Assembly: GCA_023435925.1 (NCBI GenBank)
Contig: JAEZLF010000288.1
Coordinates: forward strand, 13-64,012
Direction of reading: 5' to 3'
Length of the DNA stretch: 64,000 nucleotides
DNA from: Bacillota bacterium
Lineage (GTDB): Bacteria > Bacillota > Clostridia > Acetivibrionales > DTU013
Below the pieces are notes generated by a model. The model was not told the DNA's origin. It made no database searches and worked only from the letters and a program-made list of their open reading frames with translations. Position 1 is the stretch's first letter, and each line of letters begins with the position of its first letter. Of this stretch, positions 62,586 to 64,000 are shown piece after piece. The position numbers and the translations under genes were made by a program.

Positions 62586-64000
62586 CTATTCTTCTATATC
62601 TTTGTTTTTCGAAACCAAACGTACTCCCGGGATACTGCGCATATTTTTCTTAAGCATGTGAATTCTTGGAATCCTATGTATAATAAAATGCAGTTTTGTC
62701 ATCGGTGAGAAACGCAAAGGCCATAATGCGCTTGGCCACAAGCGCAGAATCAGACCTACCATTACCATCACGATGGGTATCACCTGCATGGTCAAAACCG
62801 TTCCGGAAATCACCGGCTGCAAACCCAGCAGTTCAGCCAGCTTAAGCCCAGATACAGGAGCTGCAGCCGATATCAGCAGAAGTAAATAACAGCTTGTATC
62901 CCACCGTGCTACAGGATGTGACCATTCATCCGGATGGTGCCTGAGCCTTGATGACACAGGACGTCCCAGTACTTTATTAAGGCAAGCATTGAAAAAATAA
63001 AGCGAACCCAGCGAAGCGGCAATAAAAGCAAACCCCCAGTCAGTCAAGGCGTTTGTTACTGCATCAGGCCGTGCGACAGGCAAAGCATTTCTCTCAGCTT
63101 GTTCAATCAGCATTTTTTTTATAAGCTCCGGCCAGAAGCCTACGTCCGACCACTGAGTCGGAATATAGGACGGTGGCAGAGAAAAATCAGGTCGAACGAT
63201 AAGAAATATGCAGACTGATGCCAATAATGAGGCACCTCCCCATAAAATTCCACGCAGCATAGTATTGAACGCTATTCTTCCGGAAATACTGCGTGAGCTG
63301 AAACGCCGCCATGCCATTCGCAGCATCATTTTTAGCTGTGAGTATCCGGTATATAGCAGCATCAGTATGGCAACAGCCATCATTATCCACCCAGGTAACT
63401 GAGCGAGCTGACGCAGCATTTTATCCCCGGCAGAATAATCCTTGATATAGGCGGCCCCGCCAAGTCCCATCTCTCCAGCAAGCTGCATGGCGTAGCTTTT
63501 TGTTTCATCCGGAGATAAGCCTGCCGGAAACAGAAATTCAACACCTTGTACTCCGATTTTTCCACTTGATTTACCGTCAAAAGCTCCTGCCGTTAATGAC
63601 GAGGGCGGAGATACTACAGCCAGCCCCCGGCCTGTGTCTGTTCCCAATGCTGCCATTCCCTTCGGACTTTCAAAAATACCACGCACGGTATATTTCTGTC
63701 CCCCCAAAGTAATATCAAGGTTTACAGGTGTAGACGATCCAAAGAGTTTTACAGCAGTTTTTGTATCAATGGAAATACCTGTTTTGTCAGTACTCGCAGG
63801 AAATCCGCCTGCAACTAGAGTCAGGTCCATAACATCCAGGACATTTCCATTGATATAGTAAAGATCTACAGCAACGTCTGCCTTCCACTCCGTTGCAGAA
63901 ACCTGCCGGTTCCTTTCCTCCGCCCATGCAGTCACGACTCCCGGAATTATTGCCGCTCCCACCTTAGAAGCTTGTCTTTCGTAATACTGCTCTATTCCAT
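62586..64000 (-). CDS. Partial CDS (5' end beyond the right edge): polytopic membrane protein with a MacB/FtsX-type extracytoplasmic-domain-like N-terminal region
   Basis: The frame stays open to position 64000 (...EQYYERQASKVGAAIIPGVV...). The segment DVMDLTLVAGGFPASTDKTGISIDTKTAVKLFGSSTPVNLDITLGGQKYTVRGIFE resembles the MacB periplasmic core domain. Several TM helices follow. Its stop is 20 nt from the lipoprotein start, so the two are probably an operon. Confidence 0.45.
   Translation of the reverse strand, partial: GIEQYYERQASKVGAAIIPGVVTAWAEERNRQVSATEWKADVAVDLYYINGNVLDVMDLTLVAGGFPASTDKTGISIDTKTAVKLFGSSTPVNLDITLGGQKYTVRGIFESPKGMAALGTDTGRGLAVVSPPSSLTAGAFDGKSSGKIGVQGVEFLFPAGLSPDETKSYAMQLAGEMGLGGAAYIKDYSAGDKMLRQLAQLPGWIMMAVAILMLLYTGYSQLKMMLRMAWRRFSSRSISGRIAFNTMLRGILWGGASLLASVCIFLIVRPDFSLPPSYIPTQWSDVGFWPELIKKMLIEQAERNALPVARPDAVTNALTDWGFAFIAASLGSLYFFNACLNKVLGRPVSSRLRHHPDEWSHPVARWDTSCYLLLLISAAAPVSGLKLAELLGLQPVISGTVLTMQVIPIVMVMVGLILRLWPSALWPLRFSPMTKLHFIIHRIPRIHMLKKNMRSIPGVRLVSKNKDIEE

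Noticed and set aside
1-64000. Mobile genetic element, prophage or defence island
   Set aside because: I recognised no integrase, transposase, recombinase, IS-type terminal inverted repeat, tRNA attachment site, phage structural gene, restriction-modification gene, toxin-antitoxin gene or other known defence gene. The low GC content and the GT4 remnant fit cassette exchange typical of polysaccharide loci better than an element insertion.

Overview
This window comes from an AT-rich, endospore-forming, S-layer-bearing Firmicute. It looks Clostridia-like, judged from cwlJ-gerQ, an alpha/beta SASP, SLH proteins and WalRK-like genes. After a CBS-domain gene, three sporulation genes lie at about 1-2.5 kb. 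A cell-envelope glycan island of about 49 kb follows, almost entirely on the plus strand. In order it contains: an SLH S-layer protein gene behind two tandem near-consensus promoters; two paralogous Wzy_C/O-antigen-ligase-like (WsaB/PglL-type) membrane proteins; rmlDACB; Wzm/Wzt; a 1354-aa fusion of two methyltransferases, a coiled coil, a GT2 and a GT4-like domain; and a GDP-D-glycero-alpha-D-manno-heptose cassette (hddA-gmhA-hddC-gmhB). The most unusual part comes next. It is a phosphonate module: phosphonopyruvate decarboxylase, a LicC-like nucleotidyltransferase, a Fom1-type cytidylyltransferase::PEP-mutase fusion and an Fe-ADH. It sits beside a YidC-like::TagF-like fusion and a 1001-aa LtaS/EptA-type transferase with a triplicated C-terminal module. 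I predict this module attaches 2-hydroxyethylphosphonate to a wall glycopolymer, or possibly polymerises it. A Wzx-dependent GDP-fucose heteroglycan cluster follows (33.9-51.7 kb); it has two initiating phosphoglycosyl transferases but no Wzy. After that come two TolC-like proteins, a second SLH protein, WalRK-like genes ending in a 17-nt tandem repeat array, and a convergent lipoprotein/permease pair. I saw no rRNA, tRNA, CRISPR, transposase, integrase or recognisable defence genes. All calls rest on reading motifs by eye; no searches were run.
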